Origin: the human T2T-CHM13v2.0 reference genome, Homo sapiens
Assembly: GCF_009914755.1 (NCBI RefSeq)
Contig: NC_060937.1
Length of the DNA: 64,000 nucleotides
Strand: one strand, 5' to 3'
The translations under genes and the position numbers were made by a program. Below are positions 28,601 through 43,100 of this stretch, piece after piece. Every line of letters starts with the position of its first letter. Position 1 is the stretch's first letter. The notes beneath the pieces are model-generated. The model searched no databases, had not been told where the DNA came from, and worked only from the letters and a program-made list of their open reading frames with translations.

Positions 28601-29130
28601 TCAACTGTATGATTAAAAAATATTTAAACATACTTCAAGATTTCTCATGAGCTTAGGAAGTTATTACTGCATTTATAAAAGTTTATATACACATTTTGAT
28701 AGGACATATGTTTGTGGATATATACTGACTTTGATATATCACACACATATTTGAATATGAATACAAAATATATTACATTTTAGCATTTTTCTATATTTTA
28801 GGAAAATGCTGTATCTATTAGCACAATGTTTCTCAAACTGTGAGTCCCCATTAATTAGAGGCTCAAAAGTCAAATTAGTGGGATTTGACCAGAATTTTTA
28901 AAAATGCATAAAAATAGAATCAATAAGAAAATCTCAGAGTAACACATAATAAAGGTTTTTTCAAACATAAGTGGCAGTTAACATGTTTGAAGAATACTTA
29001 CTTAGGCTTAGAAAGAAAATAAATGCAGAGCATGTGTGGCCTGTGAGGTCTCTTACTTCTCAGCCAGTGTTGAAAGCAGCTTGAAAACACCATGACCCCC
29101 TCCAGTTCATGCACAAAGACACCCTTAATG

Positions 29131-29370
29131 GGTGGGGCATACCAGCTTAACCCTGTAATTTCTGCACTTAGGGAGGCCAACGCAGGAAAACTGCTTGTGA
29201 CCAGGAGTTTAAGACCAGCCTGGTTAACGTAGCAAGATCCCATGTCTCCAAAAAAATAAAAATAAATTAGCTGGACATGGTGATGTACACCTGTGATCCT
29301 AAGGTGGCTAAGGTGGGAGGGTCACTTGGGCCCAAAAGTTTGAGGTTGCAGTGAGCTGTAATTGCACCAC
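29131..29370 (+). mobile_element. Diverged, 3'-truncated AluJ
   Basis: ccaggagtttaagaccagcctgg, A-rich linker, ggttgcagtgagctgtaattgcaccac. Confidence 0.8.
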
Positions 29371-30810
29371 CTTTGGCAATGAGAACTCAATAACCTGTTT
29401 GCTTTCTTTTCTCTTCCAGTTGCTAGCAAGTGAGAGTTGAATTCAACACACTACTGATTTTCCACGTGGTCTCTTTATCATTCTCCTGATTGCCCCCACC
29501 CTTTCCTTTTCCACAAACCCACTACCTTATTTAATTCCTATTTGTGTCTTCACTAAGTTTTTATTCCTGTGATTTTATTATAAGCACCTCAAAACCTTTC
29601 TGAAAGTTAATGCTCCTAAGTAATTCATGAGATAGAAGCATCCATTCAACTTATGGGCGACCCTACAAAACTGTAAAAATAATCCTGTACAAAAAATTAG
29701 GATATCATTTCCTATTGCCTATGGACAACTTGCAGGAAAATATGTAGGTGTGACTTCATAGTCATGAGAAGAATACTTCTTCAATCAACGTAAATTTCAT
29801 TTTGTATAATTTCATTGCAATTGTCAAAAAGTTGGACAATTTTAGTTGTCTTACCTGAAAGAACAGTCAAAAAGGGACAATATGAACTCTTTCTTGTGCA
29901 ACAGTAAAGTGCCTCTCTCATTTCATACATTTTAGGTGGCAATTAAACAAAAGCTGAATGAATTACCTTCATTTGATTGTAAAAAACTAAACTTATAATG
30001 CATCTTCCAGTGAAAATTTTCAGATGTGACGGCTGTGAGAATTGCCAGTTTCTTGGTGATCCTTAAGGATATTCGATCTTACATACATGTTAAGGAGCCT
30101 GGAAATCCCCATTAAAGTTTTAACAGTAATTTTGAATACTCATTCATTATACAAAACTAGAAATCATGCATCATGTTTACTATACTTTGACATTGTCCTC
30201 ATCACCACTAGACCTTCTTACCTTCTTGAAAATGATTACCAGGCCTGAATTGACTACTAAGCCTGACAGCATCATGTCCCAATAGAGATAATGTAGGTAG
30301 ATATTTCCAGATTCATACAATTCTAATCAGAAGGCGATAGAGTCTGAGCTAGCCCAAAGGAGTTTATCAAGCCACTACTACACCTGATATCTTATTCTAG
30401 TTTTTAATTAAGGCTGCTAATTATTCAGAATAGTACCCTTTCTCTATTTTTTAATAATGTAAACAACAAGAAGCTGATCTGAGACCACCATCTCATGACC
30501 TGTCTGAGACAGAGTTGTGAGAACGCTAATCTATGTGGAAATAATTAGATTCCAGTTCTCTCCATAGTGGTGGCATTGCTTTTAAAAAAATCAAAGAAAT
30601 GTCAAAATGAAACAATGTAAACAGTCATCATTACTGCAATCACTCATATGAGATAGAAGTAGAATCTTGAGCTTCCAGGAGTTTCAGTTTAATCTCTTAC
30701 AGAAAGAGTAGTTGTATTTTGGTTCTTCCGAAGCACCTGGATGCTGATTTCCAGGCCTCGTCAATGGAAATAGGAATGTGGTTGGAGAATTCCAAACAAT
30801 TTTAGACAGG

Positions 30811-31224
30811 TGTTGAAAGACTTCAGCCAAATTTAATTTAAGGGAGTTTAATTGAGCAATGAATGATTCGTGAATTGGGCAGCCCCCAGAATCATAGCAG
30901 ATTCAGAGAGAGTCCAGGGGTCAGAACAAATTTATGGGCAATAAAAGTAAAGTGATATACAGAATCGAAAGTGAGGTACGGAAACAGCTAGATTGGTTAC
31001 AGCTCCACATTTGCCTTATTTGAACACAGTTTGAACCTCAACAGTGTATGAGTGGTTGAAGTATGGCTGCTGGGATTGGCCAAGACTCAGCTATTGTTAC
31101 AGGCGCACACTCCTCTAAGTTAGGTTTTCAATCTTGTCTACCTATTAAGTTAGGTTACAGTTTATCCACAAGGACATACAGAAGTACGGAATCCTTCTCA
31201 GGCCATATTTAGTTTGCTTTAATA
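30811..31224 (-). mobile_element. MER57-type ERV1 solo LTR
   Basis: Reverse complement begins t(a)ttaaagcaaactaaatatggcctgagaagga, as in MER57A; 4-bp TSD cagg/caga. Confidence 0.75.
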
Positions 31225-31435
31225 CAGATGTGTGATTTAACATATATCTACTTTTGCAGGCACAGGTTCTAGTGACTGTATATGTGACCTCCCCTTTTGC
31301 AATGTCAGAGAGGATTGGGAGAAATATCAAGTTCCACAAAGGCCATGAGGGACAGGGCTGTTTGCTTCATGAAGTTAATTGAGTATGGTGAGATGACTGT
31401 GATACAGGATCATGGGGCAGCTCATCTCTCCAGGC

Positions 31436-31604
31436 AGGGCTGCCAGATTGAGCAAATCAAAATATAGGATGTCATTTAAGTTCAAATGTCAGAAAACCAA
31501 TAAATACTATTCTAGTATAAGCAAGTACTAAATTATTGCAATTATTTGCTGTTTATCTCACATTATAATTTAACTAGGTGTCCTGTATTTGATCTGGCAA
31601 TCTT
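31436..31604. mobile_element. MER53 palindromic hAT MITE
   Basis: Inverted termini gggctgccagattgagcaaat...aggatgtc and gtgtcctgtatttgatctggcaa. Confidence 0.7.
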
Positions 31605-32079
31605 ATTTCAGGAGGTGAATAGTTTTTAACCATTTTAGGCTTTTTTTTAGTCTAATTTAAGTTTTTATGGAAAATATTTCAGGTTGTCAGAATCTCTATT
31701 TGCCAATAAGCTATGAGCATACACATGGAAGTACAGACAGCTCCCACCTGCCCTTGCTACAAGCAGAGGGGGTGGATTGAAGAATGAGGCATTGCTTTGA
31801 CTTCCTTCTATAATTCTTCAGGTATTAAAAATATTGATAGTCCCCAATAAAATAGTCCAAAGGGATAGTATTTTAGTGGTCTCTAATTCTAATAATGCAT
31901 TTTGTTTAAAGACAATTTTTGTGAGAGAAATTTAACTCAGGCTGTATGCTCTAGTTGTGTTAAAAACATGCATAATCTCAAAATATTTGTGTTTATGCCA
32001 TTTAAACATGTCTGTATAAGCACATACTGTCATTTGGCTTGGGATCTTTGGTTCAGACTATGAATGATTTCAAGTTTTC

Positions 32080-34034
<1,955 letters not shown>

Positions 34035-34074
34035 TGAATTGTTTTTTTCTCACTTTGATAATGCTTCACAATTT

Positions 34075-34265
34075 ACAATCTCCAGGCACTTTGCATACAT
34101 TATCTTGGCTCATGCTCTCTGGACCCTGTGAGTGAGATAGTGCTATCTTCCTTTTAGAGAAAGGAAACTCAAGCTAAGCATATTGCCTAAGGTCACTGGA
34201 CAAAGAGGTGACAGAGGCAAGAAAACCCCTCAGGTCTTCTGACCCCAGTGCACTGCTCTTTCTGT
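34075..34265 (-). mobile_element. MIR SINE
   Basis: ccaggcactttgcatacattatc...aggaaactcaagct...gcctaaggtcac...caggtcttctgacccc. Confidence 0.7.
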
Positions 34266-35009
34266 TAGGCCAAGCTATGGTCTCAGTAATGAGACTAAAA
34301 TTTAAACCTTGGATACCCTTTGAGAATGTACCTCTGAAAAAGATGTGGACATACTTTTCAACTATCTAAAGACAATAATGTTTGATTAGTAAATCTCCTC
34401 CCCTCCTTGACTTTATCTCATTGGAGGTTTTATTTAAGAAGCAGGTTGTCCCAATTCTTGTGCATATCAGAGACTGAAGATGTACTGATTACCTTCCTGC
34501 CCCCTTACTGCCTGCCATGTGCCCTCACCTCCCCCTTCACTTTACTCACATCTTGCCGTATTTGGTTCCAATTCTATCCTCACAGACCTTATGAAAATGC
34601 AATGGCAGCGAATAAGGAAAGGGAAGAATAGTTAGAATGGAGAAGATGAGAGAGGCTGTGCTTTCTTCCTCCTTATTGTTTGAGGGATACAGGAGTGTAA
34701 GTCATCTCTTCGTCTTCAGACTTCATTTCACTTTATCATAATCCTTCTTCCTTGCTGTATTGTTCTTCACTGCAGACCCTGCATCTTATCCCAACACCCC
34801 TAGGGAAATGTCCAAGGTAGTTTGAGCTTTGGTGTTTTCCTGAAATGTGTGATTAATATTATTTCATTTTTCTATACTCCCAACAATTCTTCATTAGCCT
34901 CTGGTTAGAGATTTGTCTTTCTCAGTAATCTTTTTTAACCAAACCAAAAGATAATATATCATAGGTAAGTTTTTACTATCCTATCCCTGTGTTAGAAGAG
35001 ACAAAACCT

Positions 35010-36000
35010 TACCTCACTTTAAAACATACTACAATGCCATGGTAATCAAAACAGAGTGGTACTGGCATAGAGACTGACACATAGACCAATGTAACAAAAC
35101 AGAGAGCCCAGAAATAAACCCACACATTTATTATGATCAATTGATTTTCAACAAAGGTGCCAAGAACACATAGTAGGGAAAGAAGAGTCTCTTTAATAAA
35201 TGGTGTTGGAGAAACTGGATATTTTCATGCTGAAGAATGAAATTAAACCCTCATCTCACCCCATATATAAAAAAATCAACTCAAAATGGATTAAAGATGT
35301 GCATGTCAGACCTGAAATTATAAAACAACTAGAACCAAACATAAGAGAAAGCCTCCATGATATTGGTCTGGGTAATGATTTTTTTGATATGACCCCAAAA
35401 GCACTGGCGACAAAAGTAAAAATAGACAAATGGGGTTGCATCAAATGAAAAAGCTTCTGCACACCAATGAAAACAATTGACAGTGAAGAGACAATCTATG
35501 GAATGGAAGAAAATATTTGGAAATCATATATCCAGTAAGGGGTTAATATCTAAAATATATAAGGAACTCAGCTTAATAACAAAAGAACCCACTAATAACC
35601 AGATTTAAAAATGTGCAAAGGACCTAAATTGACACTTCTTAAAAAAAAGACATACAAATGACCAAATGTGTGTATGAAAAAACTGTTCAATATTGCTAAC
35701 CATCAGGGAAATGCAAACTAAAGTCAAAATGAGATATCACCTCACACCTGTTAGAATGGCTATTATAAAAAAGACAAAATATAACAAATGCTGGTGAGAA
35801 TGTGAAGAAAAGAGAATTCTTGCGCACTGTTGGTGAGAGTGTAAGTTAGTACAGCTATCACTGAAAATGATATTGAGCTTCCTGAAAATATTAGAAATAG
35901 ATCATATGATTCAGCAATCTCACTTCTAGGTATGTAGTCAAAGGAAATGAAATCAGTATGTGGAAGGGATATCAGCACCTCCATGTTTACTTCAGCACCA
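35010..36000 (+). mobile_element. L1MA/MB ORF2 3' fragment
   Basis: Peptides INSKWIKD and KIDKWGCIK; gagatatcacctcacacctgttagaatggct. Confidence 0.85.
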
Positions 36001-36324
36001 TGTTTCCATCAGTTCTACTTCCCACCCCTATCTGCCCAAGACCCACAGGGGTGATGCAGTATGAGCCTAGATGGGTGTCTGCACGTGCAGTTGGTTACAT
36101 TAGAGGAGAGAAGCACTGGGCCTGAGGAATCTACAATTTTATAGCAGTCAGTAACCAAGTGTGCTCTTTGTCTTAGGAGATATTACCTCATCTCTTAAAG
36201 TTGCTGGCTATAAACACAACCCTGAAAATGCCCTGGATAAAGAGCAATCAGAGCCTTTCATTCTTATTTCTAGCAGGAACGTACAGGGATGCTCAGAGAG
36301 AATGGTGGATTGCCACTTCCAACA
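36001..36324 (-). mobile_element. Old ERVL-class LTR fragment (LTR40-like)
   Basis: Reverse complement begins tgttggaagtggcaatccacc...gagcatccctgtacgttcctgc; family assignment is tentative. Confidence 0.4.
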
Positions 36325-36352
36325 TCAAGCACTGTTATAAAGACTTCACATT

Positions 36353-36720
<368 letters not shown>

Positions 36721-37243
36721 TTATTACACAAGAGAGAATTGAGGCATGGTGAGATTTAAGCAACTCAGCTGGGGTTCTACTACTAGTAAGATGGTAAGAT
36801 GTGATGTCATGTCATCTGGCTCCAAGTTCTTCCTTCTTTTCCAATGTACTATCACTTTTATTGCCAGGTCAGTAAGGATAACGTACATGTTGACCAACTA
36901 AGAGATGTTCCCCTAGCCACTCAGGTAAGAGCTCTGGGCCCATGTAGATCCACACCACACCTGCTCCCAATTCCGTGCTTTGCTCATGCTGTTTCATTAT
37001 CTATAATCCACCCTCCCCATGGCCCCCTGCCCTCTGTCCCCTGTCCCCTGCCTCCCCCCCCCGCCCCGGCCCCGACACACACACATTATCCCCTTTTCCT
37101 GTATGGCTAAATTCCTTGTCTACATTTTCAGTGTCCTACTGAGCCACTGTACATTTCCAACCAACCATTTTCACTTTCTGCGCCCTAAATGTATCTGTAT
37201 GGCCTTAGCTTCTCTTTTTCAAAGGGAGAAATGTCATATTTTT

Positions 37244-38277
37244 TTTATTATTATTATACTTTAAGTTCTAGGGTATATGTGCACAATGTGCAAGTTTGTT
37301 ACATATGTATACATGTGCCATGCTGGCATGCTGCACCCATTAACTCGTCATTTAGCATTAGGTATATCTCCTAACGCTATCCCTCCCCCCTCCCCCACCC
37401 CACAACAGTCCGCGGAGTGTGATGTTCCCCTTCCTGTGTCCATGTGTTCTCATTGTTCAATTCCTACCTATGAGTGAGAACATGCAGTGTTTGGTTTTTT
37501 GTCCTTGGGATAGTTTGCTGAGAATGATGGTTTCCAGTTTCATCCATGTCCCTACAAAGGACATGAACTCTTCATTTTTTATGGCTGCATAGTATTCCAT
37601 GGTGTATATGTGCCACATTTTCTTAATCCAATCTATCATTGTTGGACATTTGGGTTGGTTCCAAGTCTTTGCTATTGTGAATAGTGCCGCAATAAACATA
37701 CGTGTGCATGTGTCTTTATAGCAGCATGATTTATAGTCCTTTGGGTATATACCCAGTAATGGGATTGCTGGGTCAAATGGTATTTCTAGTTCTAGATCCC
37801 TGAGGATTCGCCACACTGACTTCCACAATGGTTGAACTAGTTTACAGTCCCACCAACAGTGTAAAAGTGTTCCTATTTCTCCACATCCTCTCCAGCACCT
37901 GTTGTTTCCTGACTTTTTAATGAATGCCATTCTAACTGGTGTGAGATGGTATCTCATTGTGGTTTTGATTTGCATTTCTCTGATGGCCAGTGATGATGAG
38001 CATTTTTTCATGTGTTTTTTGGCTGCATGAATGTCTTCTTTTGAGAAGTGTCAAAGCAATGGCAACAAAAGCCAAAATTGACAAATGGGATCTAATTAAA
38101 CTAAAGAGCTTCGGCACAGCAAAAGAAACTACCATCAGAGTGAACAGGCAACCTACAAAATGGGAGAAAATTTTCGCAACCTACTCATGTGACAAAGGGC
38201 TAATATCCAGAATCTACAATGAACTCAAACAAATTTACAAGAAAAAAACAAACAACCCCATCAAAAAGTGGGCGAAG
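37244..38277 (-). mobile_element. L1PA3/4-type LINE-1, 5'-truncated with 5' inversion
   Basis: Minus part 37244-38051 and inverted part 38052-38277; TSD gaaat(g/a)tcatattttt at 37228-37243 and 38278-38293. Confidence 0.95.
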
Positions 38278-38344
38278 GAAATATCATATTTTTATGGCTA
38301 AGTGCCAATATAGGACTCTACTTATTTTACCTGTTTTTATACTA

Positions 38345-38535
38345 ACATGGGTTACATGGGGGAAATGTTGATCAAAGGTTACAAAGTTTTAATTAGACAG
38401 GAGTTCTCGGAATGTATTGTATAGCATGGTGACTATGAGTTGGTCATTTCACAATGTATACATACATCAAATCATCACACTGTACACTGTAAATAAGTAC
38501 AACTTTTGACAATTACACCTTAATAAAACAGAGAG
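38345..38535 (+). mobile_element. L1MA/MB 3' end
   Basis: tgttgatcaaaggttacaaagttt...catacatcaaatcatcacactgtacac...aataaa. Confidence 0.7.
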
Positions 38536-39545
38536 GAAATGAAATATCTTCTAAAATTCAGATCTGCCATTCAGTAGAAATACAGGCAACCTTTTCTTGG
38601 GGGACACTAATAGACACCCCCCTTATTTATGGTGTACTGGGGGTATTCTTGTTTCACCATTTTATACCCCTATTATGAAAGCTACACTTTAATAATTATG
38701 TATATTCTTCATTTTGGCTTATATTATATCACAGAATATTATATATGTAGTCCAGTCTTATCTCCAACTGGACTCTGGACACTTTAAGAACATGAAACTA
38801 TCTTATTACATTTTCATTTTTTGGTCTCTCCAAATTAGCCCAATGCTTAGTTCATAGCATGTGCTCAATAAACCACACACAGAAGTGATTACATTGCTCT
38901 AAGCCTGGCACTATATTTCTGTACTGTACTTCCTGGTTTAAATGAAGCTTGAAGGGAGGACATAACCTAGAAGCTTATTGACCCAGTAGAGCTATGTAAC
39001 TACGCAACTATGGTAAAGTGTTTTATAAATTTTCAAAAAATGTCAACAATTGTCTGTAGGATAAAACCTTCTTAAAGAAATGGCTTATTTGTAAAGATAA
39101 ATATCACTTGCATAAAAATATACCTAGTTGTTTAGTTAAAAATAAAAAGATCTTATTTAGTAATCTATAGTTCAATTTTCTTCTATGTGTTCACCTAGCG
39201 TGCATTGCCATCAAATGGTATATGTGACACTTGAGTTGGAACACTTAATGCAACTAACTGATAAACAAAGTCCTTCCCATGGTGAAAACACCTGCCGTTA
39301 TTTACCTATTATTTGTTTTTAAAGCATTTAAAAATATAGTCTATTTTCTACTCTTCAGATCTGTTCTGTCTCAAGCATTTTGTAAATTCAAGGAAATTAA
39401 TAATTTCAACTGGCCTTTGAAATATATAAAGAAGATTATCAAAGTATCTCAAGAAGGAGAAACTGCTGCTCAGAGGGGTTAAATGAATGGTCTAAAGTCA
39501 TATGGGCTTTTAAATGAATGGTTAAATGAATAGTTTAAAGAGGTA

Positions 39546-41913
39546 CAGGAATATCTCATTTTATTGCCCTTCACTTTATTGCATTTATTACATTTTTTAC
39601 AAATTGAAGGTTTGTGGCAACCCTGTATCAAGCAAGTCTTTCAGCAACATTTTTGCCAACAGCATGTGTCCCCTTTGTGTCTATGTGTCACTTTTTGGTA
39701 ATACTTGCATTATTTCAAACTTTTCATTATTATTACATCTGTTATGGTAATCTGTGATCAGTGATCTTTGATGTTACTATTGTAATCATTTTGAGGAATG
39801 ACAAACTGTGCCTGTATAAGACCACAATTTGATCAATAAATGTTGTGTGTATTCCGACTGGTCCACCTACCAGCTGTTCCTCCATCTCTCTCCCTCTCCT
39901 CAAGCATTCCTACTCCCTGAGTCACATCAATATTGAAATTGGTCCAATTAATAACACCACAGTGGCCTCTAAGTGTTCAAGTGAAAAGAAGACTTGCATG
40001 TCTTTTACTTTAAATCAAAGCTCCAAATGATTAAGCTTAGTGAGGAAGGCATGTTGAAAGCCAAGAAAGGCCGAAATAGCTAAGACTCTTGCTCTAAACA
40101 GCTAACCAAGTTGTTAAGGCAAAAGGATACTTGTTGAAGGAAATTAAAAGTGCACTCCACATGTAAATGATAAGAAAGCAAAATAGTCTTATTGCTGATA
40201 TTGAGTGGTCCGGTTAGAAGATCAAACCAGCCCCAGCATCTCCTTAAGCCAAAGCCTAATCCAGAAGATGACCCTAACTCTTTTCAATTCCATGAAGGCT
40301 AAAAGAGGTGAGAGAGCTGCAGAAGAAAAGTCTGAAGCTAGCAGAGTTTGGTTCATGAGGTTTAAGTAAACAAGCCATCTCCAAAGCATAAAAGCACTAT
40401 GTGAAGCAGCAAGTGCTGGATGGAGAAGCTGCGGCAAGTTATTCAGAAGACATAGCTAAGATCATTGATGAATGTGCTATACTAAACAGATTTTTGATGA
40501 AGACAAAACAGCCTTCTTTTGGAAGAAGATGGCATCTAGGACTTTCATAGCTACAGAGGAGAAGTCAACGCCTGGCATTAAAACTTCAAAGGACAGGCTG
40601 ACTTTCTTGTTAGAGGCTAATGCAGCTGGTGACTTTAAATTAAAGCCAGTGTTCATTTTCCATTTGAAAACTTGAAAGCCCTTCAGAATTATGCTAAATC
40701 TACTCTGCCTGTGCTCTATAAATGAAACAAAAGTCTGGATGACAGTACATCTTTTTATGGCATGGATTATTGAATATTTTAAGCCCACTGTTAAGACCCA
40801 GAACTCAGAAAAAAGATATCTTTCAAAATATTACTGCTAATTCACAATGTACATTTACCCAAGAGCTACAATGGAGATATACAAGAAAATTAATAGTGTT
40901 TTCATACCTCCTAACACAATATCTGTTCTACAGCCCATGTATCAAGGAGTCATTTCAACCTTCAGATCTTATTTTTTAAAGATGAATTTTATAAGGATAT
41001 CTGCCACAGATACTGATTCCTCTGATAGATTTGGGCAAAGTAAATTGAAAACCTTCTGGAAAGGATTCATCATTCTAGATTCCATGAAGAAAACTCATGA
41101 TTCATGGGAGGAAGTCAAAATATCAACATTAACAGGACTTTGGAAAAAGTTGCCCCCAATCCTCATGTATGATTTTGAGGGGCTCACAACATCAGTGAAG
41201 AAAGTAACTGCAAATGTAGTAGAAATAGCAAGAGAACTAGGATTAGAAGTGGAGCCTGAAGATGTGACTGAGTTGCTGATTCTCCTGATAAAGGTTGAAT
41301 GCACAAGGAGTTGCTTCTTATGAATGAGCAAAGACAGTGGTTTCTTGAGATGGAATCTACTGGTAAAGATGCTGTAAACAGTGTTAAAATGGTAACGAAG
41401 GATTTAGAATATTACATAAATTTAATTGATAAAGCAGTGTCAGGGTTTGAGGGGATAGATGACAATTTTGCAAGTCCTTTTGTGGGGAAAATGTTATCAA
41501 ACAGCATCACATGCCACAGAGAAATTTTCCATGAAAAGAAGAGCCAGTTGATGTGGCAGAGCTCACTTGTCTTCTTTTAAGAAATTGCCATAGCCATCCC
41601 AACCTTCAGCAACTACCATCTTGATCATTCATCAGCCATCAACAAGCAAGACCCTCCAGCAGCAAAAGAATTATGACTTGCTGACAGTTCAGATGATTAT
41701 TAGCATTTTTTAGCAATAAAGCATTTTTAAATTAAGGTATGTACATTGTTTTTTAGACATAATGCTATTGTATACTTAATAGATGACATTATAGTGTAAA
41801 CATAATTTTTATATGCACTGGAAAACCAAAAATTCATGTGGCTCACTTTCTTGAGATATTTGCTCTAAGCAGTGGTCTAAAACAAAATCCACAATATCTC
41901 TGACATATGAATA
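39546..41913 (+). mobile_element. Near full-length Tigger1 DNA transposon with decayed transposase
   Basis: TA then caggaatatctcattttattgc 5' TIR; transposase remnants ([50 protein letters not shown]); 3' end caatatctctgacatatg. Confidence 0.92.
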
Positions 41914-42319
41914 TGTTATTGTCAATTACTTTCTAACACTCTGCAAAACCATTTGGAAGATAAACCATTGATGTCCAATCTAGAACACACAGATTTTTCT
42001 TTCCTGCTCTTACCATCTTGTAGTGCCCATCATGTTTTCAAGTTTAGCTCTGGTGGTTGTGCTAGCATCTCCTTCATTTATAAATTGGTGAACACATAGC
42101 TTAACCCACTTTCTGTTCTTGGTTCACAAATAAAAACTGTGATCTCTTACGACAAAAATAGTTTTTCAGTATTAAGCAGTGGAAAGTTTGTAATATCTTT
42201 TCACTTTAATGGACAAAAGATACAGTGAACTGTATCGTTATCTGACCTGGGCCATCTAAGGTCCATATCTCATTAATTGCCTGTTTGATGGAGAGGCAGG
42301 GTAGCCTTCTTGCAATATT

Positions 42320-43100
42320 AACAGACGTTGCTTTCCCTTGTGGCTTTAATTCTTAAAACGTAAAAGATGCCGTAACCTTTCTGGCCATCTACGTAGCACT
42401 GCAGAGAGGTCCACCTGCCTACAATGATCACTGAGAACAAAATGGAAATGGCCATGGCTGAAATAGTCTAGGGTAGAAAAGGAAATCCATGCCCCGCATT
42501 GCAATAGGGCCCATGCTTATTTAAATGTAAACTGAGGGCTTCGCTGGAGAGCCAGCTAGTTCCCAGCCTCTGAAATATGGCATTAATGAAATGTCAGCTT
42601 GCGTTAAGATCACCAGTGGCCTTTGCCGCGCACATTCTTCCATGTTTCTGCACAAAGATAGCAGAGCACGGCCATGCCTCTGCTCTGGAGATCGATCCGC
42701 CTTCATGTCTGATATTACCTTACATCGCCAGGGCCAGGCGGGTGTGAGAGAGCGGGGCAGAGGGACCGTGTTCACTCACTGAACCTTGAGGTAGAGCTTT
42801 AGCAAGCAAGTGGCCGGGCTGCTGTGAGTCGCTGAACTGACTGCAGTTGGGGCCCCCTTTTAGGGTTTGCAGTGATAAGAGCAGATCTCTGAGGAGTTGA
42901 ATGTCTGCGTGATCTAAAACCAGGGCAGTCAAGCTGAAGAGGATGTGTGCACTAACCTGTTTGCACTGAATACTCTCCATAAATAATTTACAACCATGAC
43001 TGCTAGCTATTATTACAAAAATACCGGATTGCATTTTGACACATGCATCCAGCTTGTAAGTCAATAGATACGGTTTCACCTAGTGTGTGCAGACTTGGCT
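42320..43100. promoter_or_regulatory. Candidate enhancer or promoter: unique, CpG-retaining segment
   Basis: Non-repetitive; about 19 CpGs counted by eye in 42320-42920 against a CpG-poor background; function is inferred only. Confidence 0.4.

Noticed and set aside
37457-38011. 184-aa ORF, the longest in the window
   Set aside because: C-terminus of L1 ORF2 in a truncated, inverted young L1
39475-39540. ttaaatgaat(g/a)g repeated three times; likewise aggtataa x3 at 5283-5316
   Set aside because: Short and irregularly spaced; not CRISPR-like and compatible with local slippage or chance
39960-41580. Domesticated Tigger transposase (TIGD1-like) gene
   Set aside because: The reading frame is broken into many short pieces by stops and frameshifts; the same holds for the copy at 62049-64000
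42219-42236. 8-bp-arm hairpin gatacagt-ga-actgtatc
   Set aside because: Arms of this length are expected by chance in 64 kb
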